Virus record (IMG/VR): IMGVR_UViG_3300048838_000780 | Coordinates: 1-63,018 of that record | Direction: 5' to 3' (one strand) | Length of the DNA: 63,018 bases | DNA from: a virus | Lineage: Duplodnaviria > Caudoviricetes | In this document: positions 49,649 to 58,806 of the stretch, in pieces | Layout of the letters: each line of letters begins with the position of its first letter | Position numbering within the stretch: the stretch's first letter is position 1 | Position numbers and translations under genes: made by a program | The notes under the pieces: model-generated | Seen by the model: only the letters and a program-made list of their open reading frames with translations | What the model was told of the DNA's origin: nothing | The model's database searches: none

Positions 49649-49941
49649 AAACAGATCCATGCATTGAGCTGCTGAGGCAGATGTACGCCGCCATTGCCGA
49701 AGCCATTGAGGCCCTCCGCGATCACGATAAGCTCAAAGACACCGCCGAACGGCTCCGGAAGACGGTGAAGATCCAGGAGGAAAAGATTGATGAGCTCAGC
49801 CTCCTGCTCTCCACGCTGAAGCGCCTGACAGAAAAGCGGGTGAAGATCTGCCCGGTATGCAACGGCGCTGGCGCCTATATGCAAAACGGACACCCGGAGG
49901 AGTGCTTAAAGTGCGATGGGGTGGGGGCCATTGAAGCATGA
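49639..49941 (+). CDS. Coiled-coil protein with DnaJ-type zinc finger
   Basis: CPVCNGAG...CLKCDGVG. Confidence 0.7.
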   Translation: MAVKTDPCIELLRQMYAAIAEAIEALRDHDKLKDTAERLRKTVKIQEEKIDELSLLLSTLKRLTEKRVKICPVCNGAGAYMQNGHPEECLKCDGVGAIEA

Positions 49942-50202
49942 AAGTAAAATTCACAAAGCAAGACCGCCTTTTTTTGCTCCCTACAATTATGTTGGAAGTA
50001 TGGAACAAACAGGTTTACTTTTTTTTCCTTCACTTCAGAATTATTATTGAATATGAACGCACTCGTAAACATTGATTGGTACCTGATTGGAGAAATCGCT
50101 TTCTACACTTTTTGCGCCCTGGTGCTCGCCTCGTTTGTTGTGCTGCTGGTAAGAAATCGGAGAAGGTAATTTTGCATTCTGGGATTAAGTGTTTATTGGT
50201 TT

Positions 50203-50236
50203 GAGCTCCTGGACGACCTCCAGGGGCTTTTCTTTT
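50203..50236 (+). terminator. Rho-independent terminator
   Basis: AGCTCCTGGA...TCCAGGGGCT stem with T tract. Confidence 0.65.
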
Positions 50237-50314
50237 ACACCTTATCCCAAACCTCCTACGCAGTAAGACAAAACCGTTTGGAAGTGTGCAACGCCTTGTT
50301 TTACATTGGTGCCC

Positions 50315-50764
50315 ATGAGGACAAACCAGATTCTCAATTACGCCGGCATCGCCGCACTATTCTATGTCATCGCCACCAATCTGGGGGGCTGGCTGACATC
50401 AAAAATTTCCATTGGCTCCATCAAAATGAAGCTGGGCCAAACATCTCCGACAGGGCAGACCCTTACCCTGTTTATTCCCGTCAAAAACTCCGCTCCGGTA
50501 TCTTACCCGCTCGAATCTTTCCAGGGTATGCTCTTTTGGGGCACTAACCCGCTGGCCCAGGTGATCATTAACCAGGAGGTGACAATTGCGGGCAATGGTA
50601 CTACCGAAATTCCAGTAAATGTATTCATACCGTTTGCCAACCTGGGCACCCAGCTGGTAAACATCATATCGGCCGGCGACTGGCTGGCAGGCGCAAAGAT
50701 CAAAGGCCTGCTCCGCGCCGGTGGCGTTAACGTACCTATTGAGCAAACTATCCAACTGCTGTAA
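50315..50764 (+). CDS. Membrane-anchored LEA_2/WHy-like beta-sandwich protein
   Basis: N-terminal TM; VKN..P...L...G pattern; IAGNGTTEIPV. Confidence 0.6.
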   Translation: MRTNQILNYAGIAALFYVIATNLGGWLTSKISIGSIKMKLGQTSPTGQTLTLFIPVKNSAPVSYPLESFQGMLFWGTNPLAQVIINQEVTIAGNGTTEIPVNVFIPFANLGTQLVNIISAGDWLAGAKIKGLLRAGGVNVPIEQTIQLL

Positions 50765-51390
50765 TGGATCTCAAACGCATTGCCGACCGATACATACGGA
50801 AGACCTCCAACAGGGAGGAAACGATCTTTGAAAATGGCGACACCGAAGACATTATTTCTGTGATCCTTCGCGCCGACGGTATGGCCGCACATTTTACGGA
50901 GCAATTCGCGCCGTATCTCCGGGGCCAGACCACGAAGGAAACCGCGGAAAACGTCTGGAACTTCGTAAAAGCTCACATCCGCTACCGAAAGGATAGGGTA
51001 GGGCATGAGCGGGTAAAAAGCCCTGGCAAGCTCTGGGAAGACGGAGAAGGCGACTGTAAAAGTTACAGCGTGTTCATGGCATCGATCTACCGCAACCTGG
51101 GCATTACCTACAAATACCGCTTTGCTCATTACCCAAACGGCCGGCTGGATCGGGATGTAAACCACGTGTTTCCCGTGGTGATCGACCAGCGGGGGCATGA
51201 GATCCCTACCGACGCCGTGGCCGATTACTTCAATTATGAGGAGCCTTATGAATACGCCATAGACTACGATCCAAACACCGGCCAGCAGGCAATAAATGGC
51301 CTTTCTGGCTTTCAGATACCGACCTGGTTTAAATATGCCTTGGCCATTTTGCTGGGTATCGGTATTTGTAAATGGGCAAACGATAAATGA
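50764..51390 (+). CDS. Transglutaminase-like cysteine protease with C-terminal TM
   Basis: GDCKS (Cys), NHVFPV (His) and PTDAV (Asp) triad; WNFVKAHIRY helix. Confidence 0.8.
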   Translation: MDLKRIADRYIRKTSNREETIFENGDTEDIISVILRADGMAAHFTEQFAPYLRGQTTKETAENVWNFVKAHIRYRKDRVGHERVKSPGKLWEDGEGDCKSYSVFMASIYRNLGITYKYRFAHYPNGRLDRDVNHVFPVVIDQRGHEIPTDAVADYFNYEEPYEYAIDYDPNTGQQAINGLSGFQIPTWFKYALAILLGIGICKWANDK

Positions 51391-52436
51391 CAAAAATCAG
51401 CTACATACACGGAATAGGCGCCACCGCTGAAGAGCGCAAGCAAAGAGCCGCTGAAGTTCCCGGGCCGTCTCTGATCGATTACACGAAATGGACGGAGGGA
51501 GAGCTCCAGCTCGTGCTTTTGGCCGAGCAGATCAATATGCTGGCCGCCTACGCTCCGGAAGACAAAGAGCTGCAAAAATCCAAACAGATCCTCCAGGATG
51601 TGCTTTACCGTGGTGTACACCGCGCCGGTGGCCTGCCTGGCGGCATCTTCACCGGCCGCCTGGCTACCGTGCTGGCAGCGATCAGAAACGCCAGGCAACT
51701 GGCACGGCCGGCAGCGGGGGAGATCACCGGCCGCAAAAACGGCATCTCCGGAGGTATCGGAGATCCGATCATACCATACGAAGACTGCCAGGTAGTGGTT
51801 GACGATCCCAACGACCCGCTGGGCGCCTGGACCTACACAGACGCCGCCTGTGTGAAAAGAAACGAGATCAAAAAGATCCTCAACGACAACCTGGAAAACT
51901 CCGCTCACCATATCCTCTACGACTTTGTGGCCAATCCCAACCTCACCCCGCCCATTGTCGCAGTGAAGACGCAAAACCACCGGGCCGCCCGCGCCACCTT
52001 GTCGCAGATCTCCAAACTGAGCTCCACCAGTCTGAAAATGTGGATTCGTAATGGAGTGATCCGGAACAACATTGCCCAGGGCGCCGGCGCCATACAGCCG
52101 GAGGATACCATTGCAACGCTCAAATCTGGCGCAATAGCTGGCATCGGCGAGCCGCTGACGGCCGCCGCCCTGGTGGCGATCATCAAGGCCATTGCTGCCG
52201 CCATTTCTGCAGCCAGCGCCCTGGTATTGCTCCTGAAGCAAAAAGACCCGCAAACCGCCGCACTGTGGAACCAGCTCCAGGGCATTGGTACCGGCGTTTT
52301 CGGACCTGAGCAAAACGACTGGTATACGGGAGCTGGAGGAGGAAACGAAACGCAGCCAGGCACTGCCGGCGATATTGAAAAACTTTTGCCCTATGGCCTG
52401 ATCCTGGCTGGGGCGTATGTACTAATTGAAAATTAA
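51387..52436 (+). CDS. Putative virion membrane protein
   Basis: Ala-rich hydrophobic helix, C-terminal TM, four (I/L)xG(G/I) motifs. Confidence 0.65.
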   Translation: MTKISYIHGIGATAEERKQRAAEVPGPSLIDYTKWTEGELQLVLLAEQINMLAAYAPEDKELQKSKQILQDVLYRGVHRAGGLPGGIFTGRLATVLAAIRNARQLARPAAGEITGRKNGISGGIGDPIIPYEDCQVVVDDPNDPLGAWTYTDAACVKRNEIKKILNDNLENSAHHILYDFVANPNLTPPIVAVKTQNHRAARATLSQISKLSSTSLKMWIRNGVIRNNIAQGAGAIQPEDTIATLKSGAIAGIGEPLTAAALVAIIKAIAAAISAASALVLLLKQKDPQTAALWNQLQGIGTGVFGPEQNDWYTGAGGGNETQPGTAGDIEKLLPYGLILAGAYVLIEN

Positions 52437-52445
52437 TCGATCAAC

Positions 52446-52877
52446 ATGAAAAATCCATTCATCTACTCAATTCTGCTGGCCGTGGTGGTGATCATCGCCA
52501 TGGTATTCCTGCCCAGCGCCAACGTGGAAAAAGCCCGCCCGAATCGCTACGAATCGACCAGCATCGATACGCTGGTAGAAAGCGAAAGCGCCACGTTTAC
52601 CATTCCGGATATTATCCGAAACCAGGTAGCCTATTTTTTTCAGGTGACGGTTGCACAGGACAGCTTTGCAACCGACGCCATTGCCATCGTGAAGGAAAGC
52701 GCATGGGATACGGAAAACCGCTGGAGCAACAAAGACACGCTCACTATCAGCGGAGCGGGCACCTTTGGCATAGAGGGGGTAACAAATGCCGCCAGGCTTA
52801 TGATCGAAATTCAGACCGACACCACCAACCAGCAGGGGCGCTATTGGCTAGCTGGAACGCTGGTGGAAACCTTCTGA
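52446..52877 (+). CDS. Signal-peptide beta-rich protein
   Basis: Hydrophobic leader; resembles 30181-30735. Confidence 0.7.
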   Translation: MKNPFIYSILLAVVVIIAMVFLPSANVEKARPNRYESTSIDTLVESESATFTIPDIIRNQVAYFFQVTVAQDSFATDAIAIVKESAWDTENRWSNKDTLTISGAGTFGIEGVTNAARLMIEIQTDTTNQQGRYWLAGTLVETF

Positions 52878-52879
52878 CG

Positions 52880-53023
52880 ATGAAAAAGCAAAACCGCCGC
52901 CGCCTGAGTTTTCCCGAAGCCACGGCCGTAGTGGCGCCGCTGGCGCCGCCTGCCACGCCGAAGAAGAAAAAAGCCAAGGCCAAGAAGAAGAATTTTATAA
53001 CCAAAACCGATAACAACGCATGA
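52880..53023 (+). CDS. Small basic protein
   Basis: KKKKAKAKKK; ATGA-coupled to the next gene. Confidence 0.5.
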   Translation: MKKQNRRRLSFPEATAVVAPLAPPATPKKKKAKAKKKNFITKTDNNA

Positions 53024-53238
53024 AAGGACAGATCTCCGCGCCTGCCGTCTCCAGGAAGGTTGGCAAGCGCACGTACAAAAGGCTCACTTGCCACACCACC
53101 GTAGCAGCGGCAAAAAAGCGGAAAACCAGCCTCAACAAGGGTGGATACTCCGCAATGGTCGTTGGAAAATGTGTCTACAAAGGCCCGAAGCTGAAGACCG
53201 CAAGAAAGAAAACCGCCCGCCGTCGTCGCAGGGCATAA
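53020..53238 (+). CDS. Small highly basic protein (core/DNA-binding candidate)
   Basis: K/R-rich, ends ARKKTARRRRRA. Confidence 0.6.
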   Translation: MKGQISAPAVSRKVGKRTYKRLTCHTTVAAAKKRKTSLNKGGYSAMVVGKCVYKGPKLKTARKKTARRRRRA

Positions 53239-53266
53239 CCATTTCATCAATCAAAATCATTCAATT

Positions 53267-53638
53267 ATGGCCTGTTCTGTTTGTCAGAAAAGCCGAAAAC
53301 GAATCAACGGTATGAAAAAGACCAATCTCACCAAAACGCTGGGCGACGTGGCAGCGGGCACCGCTGGCCTGGTTGCCGCCCAGATGCTCAACAAAATCTC
53401 CTTCATCGGAGCCAACCCCATGATTGGGGGCGCTGTAAAGATCGTCGGGGGCGCCGTGCTCGCCGGCTCGACCAAAGGCATTATGCAAAAGGTCGCCATG
53501 GGCGTTGCCCTGGGTGGTGGCGTTGACCTGGCCACCAACTTCATCGCGCCGAAGGTCGAAGGCATTGGCTACCTGGGCACCCGTGGCGGATCCACGTCGG
53601 TGGCCAACGTGGCCGGATATGGTCCGATCGTGGACTAA
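53267..53638 (+). CDS. Gly/Ala-rich virion membrane protein
   Basis: Glycine-zipper helices; directly upstream of the capsid candidate. Confidence 0.65.
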   Translation: MACSVCQKSRKRINGMKKTNLTKTLGDVAAGTAGLVAAQMLNKISFIGANPMIGGAVKIVGGAVLAGSTKGIMQKVAMGVALGGGVDLATNFIAPKVEGIGYLGTRGGSTSVANVAGYGPIVD

Positions 53639-53685
53639 CGAAGAATCAACCATTTCTCTAACCCAAACAATAACACATCAAGACA

Positions 53686-54447
53686 ATGAAGAATCTTGAG
53701 CATAAATCCGGATCGATCGTTTACACGCCGGACGTAAACCGCGCCGCGTACAACCGTTTCCTGGCGTTTCTCTCCATGATCAGCCCGGGGGTTGAGTTCA
53801 TCATCACCCCGTTCTACATCCGCCTGGAGCAGGCCCTGAGCGCCACCAAGAGCAAATACACCTTCTCGTTCTACGAGAACCAGGGCTCCGACCGCCAGCA
53901 GGAAATCAAGCTGAACAGAAACGACCTGTTCATGATGACCCATGCCGGCCTTTGCCTGGCCAAACAGGACATTACCGCCGGCGACTACGGCAACTACCTG
54001 CCGCATTCCTTCCCTGATCCGAACTACTTCTCCGGCCTCTCCGGTGGTGTGAATGAGTTTGAATGCCTGAACACCGTGTACAACGGCAAACTCAACTTCC
54101 TCACCAAACCGGTGCAGCGGATCGAGAACCTGAGCACGGTACCGTTCCTGAAGATCCCGCAACAGCAGACGTTCCTCACAGCGGGCAGCCAGCTGAACGA
54201 CGAGCCGGCCGAGTTCCGCCTCAACGACGTGCTGGTAGATCTCCAGCCCAACCTCATCCTCTCCGGCCAGGAAAACCACCAGGTAGAGCTGGAGCTGGGC
54301 GCCGGTACCACCACGCTGATCGCTGGCGGTTTCGACAACAGCGGCAACGCCGTTGACACGTCGAACATCGCCATTTTCTTCGGCGTGGGCTATAAAGCCG
54401 TCAACGCTGCCACCGCCGCCAGCCGGTGGGCCGTCGGTGCGTATTGA
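53686..54447 (+). CDS. Candidate major capsid protein (jelly-roll type inferred)
   Basis: 253 aa, beta-rich and soluble, strongly C/G-ending codons, followed by a terminator; fold not verified. Confidence 0.55.
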   Translation: MKNLEHKSGSIVYTPDVNRAAYNRFLAFLSMISPGVEFIITPFYIRLEQALSATKSKYTFSFYENQGSDRQQEIKLNRNDLFMMTHAGLCLAKQDITAGDYGNYLPHSFPDPNYFSGLSGGVNEFECLNTVYNGKLNFLTKPVQRIENLSTVPFLKIPQQQTFLTAGSQLNDEPAEFRLNDVLVDLQPNLILSGQENHQVELELGAGTTTLIAGGFDNSGNAVDTSNIAIFFGVGYKAVNAATAASRWAVGAY

Positions 54448-54464
54448 TCCATCACTCTCATAAT

Positions 54465-54498
54465 AAAAGCCTGGGGGGGAACACCTCCCCAGCTTTTC
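54465..54498 (+). terminator. Terminator after the capsid candidate
   Basis: AAAAGCCTGGGG...CCCCAGCTTTT. Confidence 0.6.
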
Positions 54499-54513
54499 TA
54501 AAACTGGACGACC

Positions 54514-54984
54514 ATGCAACAAGCATATGCAACACCCGCCCGGCTGGATTCGCTGAAGATCGCCGGCGTGGTTCCCAAGTCTACCAGCATTGAGGTGGTG
54601 ATCCCTAACGCGACTGGTAAATACTACCTGCCCGATTCCGACATTTTGCGCGGCAAAAACATCGTAGGCATTATCTGCCAGGTGCAAACCCAGGTAGGTG
54701 GCGCCGACACCGTTTTTACGCCGTCGGGCCGCACGGTGGTAGACCAGCAGGTTATCAATGACGCCACGCTAACGCTGGAATCTGACAGCCTCCGCGTGCT
54801 GGATGAGCACCCGCTCAACCATTTCGTGATCAACAACACGGGAGACAGGAAATACACCGCCCTGGATGGGATCCGTGGTTTCAACCCCACCAAATCCTAT
54901 ATCCTGATCGGCAACCCCGCCGCGCCGGCTGGTAAGCTGGTGACGGATGAGGCCTTTCTCCTGCACTTTCTCTACACAGACTAA
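54514..54984 (+). CDS. Candidate minor capsid/penton protein
   Basis: 156-aa beta-rich ORF after the capsid candidate. Confidence 0.45.
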   Translation: MQQAYATPARLDSLKIAGVVPKSTSIEVVIPNATGKYYLPDSDILRGKNIVGIICQVQTQVGGADTVFTPSGRTVVDQQVINDATLTLESDSLRVLDEHPLNHFVINNTGDRKYTALDGIRGFNPTKSYILIGNPAAPAGKLVTDEAFLLHFLYTD

Positions 54985-54996
54985 ACCGCTACCAAT

Positions 54997-55743
54997 ATGG
55001 CAATGCCAACCCTTGACGGATTAAAAGAGTGGTTCTTTCTCCAAACCAAAGAAGGGCAGCCCTGTGGCTGGCGCCTCTTCCGCGGATCGAACACCAACAA
55101 AAATTATGATGGTGGATCTGCTGAAAGCGAAAACCCGGAAATAGGCTGGGAAAAGCTCCGCGCCCACCTGGAGGCCGAAGAGTGGGAGCCCGGCGAACAA
55201 GTTACCATCCGTGTATACGGCAATGGTAAACTGAACGGTGGGGGCTCCGATATCATTTACCGGCCGATCTCCAGGCATCAAACGAGGGTAGGCATTGCCG
55301 GTATTGGTGGCGGGATCGGAGGAGATCCCCAGGCTTACATTGCCCAGCAGGTAAGCAAGGAGATAGAGCTCTATGACCTACGCCGGCAGGTGCAGGATCT
55401 GGAGCAGGCATTGAACGAGAAAAGCAGCGTAGTGGACAGGGTGATCAACACCGTGGTGGAACATCCCAACTTTGACCCCAACACTTTGGTAAACGGTATC
55501 GGCGCACTGCTCATGAACCTGATACCCCAGCGGGCCAACGTCGGGGTGCAGGGCTTTGGCCAGCCGACGGCGCCGCACACCGGCGAACACTCTGCCCAGG
55601 CAGACCGCATTGCAGGCGCCCTCAATCGCTTGCAAGCGCACTTCCCGGAGCAACCAATTGAGATCTTATTGGAAAAACTGGCTGATTTCGTGGACAGCAA
55701 CCCCACAGTGGCCAAGAACGTGTTAACCAACCTTTTCAAATGA
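54997..55743 (+). CDS. Putative virion protein with coiled coil
   Basis: Three (I/V)xGxG motifs. Confidence 0.6.
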   Translation: MAMPTLDGLKEWFFLQTKEGQPCGWRLFRGSNTNKNYDGGSAESENPEIGWEKLRAHLEAEEWEPGEQVTIRVYGNGKLNGGGSDIIYRPISRHQTRVGIAGIGGGIGGDPQAYIAQQVSKEIELYDLRRQVQDLEQALNEKSSVVDRVINTVVEHPNFDPNTLVNGIGALLMNLIPQRANVGVQGFGQPTAPHTGEHSAQADRIAGALNRLQAHFPEQPIEILLEKLADFVDSNPTVAKNVLTNLFK

Positions 55744-56060
55744 AACCAGTGGTAGACGGGCACATAGTACAGGAGTTTTCGCTCAAAACGCGCCAGATCA
55801 ACGAACCTGGAAAAATTTCCATCCGTGCCAACAGCGTAACCCTTTGGAATACGGGAACCAATACGGTTATCCTGGATAATGTGTTTGAGATCCCGGCCGG
55901 TGCCTCTTTCCAGTTCGGAGATAACAACCTGCTCAACATGATCGTGCAGGAGTTCAACGTGAAGTTTTCCGGCGCTGGAACGGACAAACTGCAAATAGCT
56001 GAAGTAATTGTAAACGACAGGCGCCTGGCGCACTACGTCGAGCGCCCGACGGCAAAATAA
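55740..56060 (+). CDS. Small beta-sandwich structural protein
   Basis: SVTLWNTGTNTVIL...IPAGASF. Confidence 0.55.
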   Translation: MKPVVDGHIVQEFSLKTRQINEPGKISIRANSVTLWNTGTNTVILDNVFEIPAGASFQFGDNNLLNMIVQEFNVKFSGAGTDKLQIAEVIVNDRRLAHYVERPTAK

Positions 56061-56067
56061 ACCATGT

Positions 56068-56397
56068 ATGAGCTTCATTGGATGCAACCCAGCCGGAGGA
56101 TCTGGAAGCGGTGGCGGTGGCGAAACGCCAACAGCCGACACCCTGACCATTACCAGCGGTGAAAATACCACCGATTTCAACCGCGCAGCTGGGGCCCTCA
56201 AATTTAAGATCACCAACGCAGGCCCGGCAGCCGGCGGCACGGCCGACACCGCCACGGTGAACGGCGCCAACCTGTTTCCCGGCGATAGCCTGGAGTTTGA
56301 GGCGAAGCTCGACCCAGTGAACAATGTTTTCAAGACCCTCCCGGCAATGACAATTGTCACCAACGGGGCAACGCTGTTCTGGTATGAAGAAAGGTAA
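56068..56397 (+). CDS. Small beta-sandwich structural protein
   Basis: FKITNAG...LFPGDSL. Confidence 0.55.
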   Translation: MSFIGCNPAGGSGSGGGGETPTADTLTITSGENTTDFNRAAGALKFKITNAGPAAGGTADTATVNGANLFPGDSLEFEAKLDPVNNVFKTLPAMTIVTNGATLFWYEER

Positions 56398-56953
56398 AGT
56401 GTGGAGTTTTCTCATAGTAATTTCCCTCATCGGACTGAGCCCGGCAATTGGCTGGGCTCAATTCCCTTTCTACGACATCGAGCTGGAGCCGGTATGTGCC
56501 GACAGCGCCGGCGTACAAACCACGCTGTACAGCGCCCAGCTGTACGTTTTGGGCCGGAATGGATTTGATGTTGTGTACCAGTACTATTTCGACCAGGCGG
56601 GCAACAAGGTAACGCCTGGAGGTGGCGTAACGATCTCCCCAGGGGCCTGCTGGGAGCAGGTGACGGAAGACACCGCCCAGGTGCTCACCTTCGAAAGCGC
56701 CTTTTCTGGGGGAGACTACACAATACCAGGCGATACCTACGATTGGGTAAGCATCGTTAACCAGGGGGGCACTACCCACCTGATCACCTTTCCGGCCAGC
56801 GGGGGCACTATGCGCCTGCTGCCCGGAGAGGCCTATTATTTTCGCTCGCACTTCGACGAGTTTTACCGGAAGCGCATGAGAAACCCCACCATTGTGATCA
56901 GCCAGGGGGTGGCAGGATTGAATAACCTAAGAGTATACGCCGAGGCAAAATGA
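56384..56953 (+). CDS. Signal-peptide protein (spike candidate)
   Basis: Leader ends in GWA-Q; VSIVNQG...LLPGEAY resembles the two preceding small genes. Confidence 0.65.
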   Translation: MKKGKVWSFLIVISLIGLSPAIGWAQFPFYDIELEPVCADSAGVQTTLYSAQLYVLGRNGFDVVYQYYFDQAGNKVTPGGGVTISPGACWEQVTEDTAQVLTFESAFSGGDYTIPGDTYDWVSIVNQGGTTHLITFPASGGTMRLLPGEAYYFRSHFDEFYRKRMRNPTIVISQGVAGLNNLRVYAEAK

Positions 56954-58800
56954 AAAGGGTAGCACTATTCATATTTTTGGTTTTTTGGGGGTTCTTTCAG
57001 GCTGGATACGGGCAAGGAAGCGAGACAAGGTATGACGTGGAGTATGCCCGTATCTGCCTGATTGATAGCATCGCGCCGGATACGCTGGTACAGTTCTGGC
57101 GTTTCACCCAGGCGAACAATCCCGGCGCCCTGGCCCTGGATTATACTTTTGACCTGGCCGGGGGCTACACCGTGGCCGGTACCGTCCTCCCCTGCTGCTC
57201 CTGCCTGACGGCTGCCAGCGATACCGCCGGTTTTTCTCCCTGCCAGCCAACCGGTATAGGTTGGGGCTGGAAAATTGCCATTGCTCTGGTGCTTTTGCTC
57301 GCTGCCAGCTGGCTGATAAGTGTATGGGGCCTGCTCGAATTTGGCAGGCGATACCAGAAGGCCGCGAGAATCGCGTATATCCTACTTATATCCATCCTGT
57401 TTTCGTACAGCTCACTCTCAGCGCAATCAGAAACCACCTACGATGTGGAATATCAGTGCATTTGTCTGGTGGATAGCATCGCGCCGGGAAACGTGGTTCA
57501 ATTCTGGCGTTTCACCCAGGCCAACAATCCCGGCGCCCTGGCCCTGGATTATACTTTTGACCTGGCCGGGGGCTACACCGTGGCCGGTACCGTCATGGGC
57601 TGCAATGATTACTACCTGGGGGATAATGTGAATAGTGGAGGGGGTACCGCTGGCACGTTGCCGATCTGGACGGGGGCTAATACGCTGGGGAATAGCAGCC
57701 TTTCGGAAGCGAGCGGTGTGCTTTCTTCGAGCCTTACCGGGGCGCTGAAGCTGCCAGCGGGGACGGATGCACAGGACCCGGTTTGGAGTACTGGGATGTT
57801 GAGGTACAATACTACTACTGCCGGATTACAAGGCTATAATGGTGCAGAAAGATATTTACCATGGTCAGACAATGACAATTTTACTACTGCTTATATTCCG
57901 TACAGTAATGGATCATCACTTACAACTAGTGCCGATTTGGGCTTTTACATTGTTACTGGCAGTAATAGATTAGGTGTTCTTAATGCAAAATTAGGTACTA
58001 CATATGCCGGAACAATTAGAGGCCGATTAGATGTATCTGGGCAGGCTGGCGATCATACATCATATTTTGAATGCACAGGAAGCACTTTTTCTTCATCTAT
58101 TTTTAGTGTTAACACTAACGTAAATGGATGGGGTCCATTTTTCGTACTTCCAGAAAACAGCAATAAACCTAATCTTTTTTTAGGAGAGTCTAACACCATT
58201 CAAAGAACAAGCCAAAAAGAAACAATCAAAATATCAGGAAATAACAGCACAAATAATAATGGTAATTTTTTTGTGGGTGTTAATGGTGGCAAATCAATTT
58301 CATGGGAATATTCTCGATCTATAGGACCATCAGCCCAGCCATCATATAAATTTGAATCTGCACGTATTGTTCCTATATGCACAGCAAATGTATATGGGGA
58401 TATGGAAACAGGTTTAAGGTTTTATAACACTGTGGCCAACACGCTTACATATACTGCTCAGCTAGATAGTGCGGGGTTGATTCTTCCGTTGTACGCACCC
58501 GGAACGCTTACCGGAACGCCCGCCACTACTGCCGCTTTCAATTCTTCGGGGCGTCTTATTCAGGTACCAGAAAAATGGGCCGCCATCTCCACCTCCACCG
58601 ACGCCAGCGGAGACATCGTAGTAGCCCACGGCATGGGCGCCACGCCGACCAGTGTACAGGTAACAGTAACCGGCACCACGCCGTATGTGGTGACAGTCCA
58701 CAGTATAGACGCCACTAATTTTACAGTAAGGTTTTACGATATGACAGGGGCAGCGGTGGCATCCACCGCGGTAACCGCCACCTGGCACGCAAAAACATAA
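56950..58800 (+). CDS. Fibre/spike protein with two signal peptides and a duplicated N-terminal domain
   Basis: See finding; LPAGTDAQDP fibre motif; C-terminal VAHGMGATPTSVQVT domain. Confidence 0.75.
   Translation: MKRVALFIFLVFWGFFQAGYGQGSETRYDVEYARICLIDSIAPDTLVQFWRFTQANNPGALALDYTFDLAGGYTVAGTVLPCCSCLTAASDTAGFSPCQPTGIGWGWKIAIALVLLLAASWLISVWGLLEFGRRYQKAARIAYILLISILFSYSSLSAQSETTYDVEYQCICLVDSIAPGNVVQFWRFTQANNPGALALDYTFDLAGGYTVAGTVMGCNDYYLGDNVNSGGGTAGTLPIWTGANTLGNSSLSEASGVLSSSLTGALKLPAGTDAQDPVWSTGMLRYNTTTAGLQGYNGAERYLPWSDNDNFTTAYIPYSNGSSLTTSADLGFYIVTGSNRLGVLNAKLGTTYAGTIRGRLDVSGQAGDHTSYFECTGSTFSSSIFSVNTNVNGWGPFFVLPENSNKPNLFLGESNTIQRTSQKETIKISGNNSTNNNGNFFVGVNGGKSISWEYSRSIGPSAQPSYKFESARIVPICTANVYGDMETGLRFYNTVANTLTYTAQLDSAGLILPLYAPGTLTGTPATTAAFNSSGRLIQVPEKWAAISTSTDASGDIVVAHGMGATPTSVQVTVTGTTPYVVTVHSIDATNFTVRFYDMTGAAVASTAVTATWHAKT
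57094..57594 (+). repeat. 93-bp direct repeat (57094-57186 and 57502-57594, one mismatch)
   Basis: Both copies encode FWRFTQANNPGALALDYTFDLAGGYTVAGTV. Confidence 0.92.
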
Positions 58801-58806
58801 CCACGC

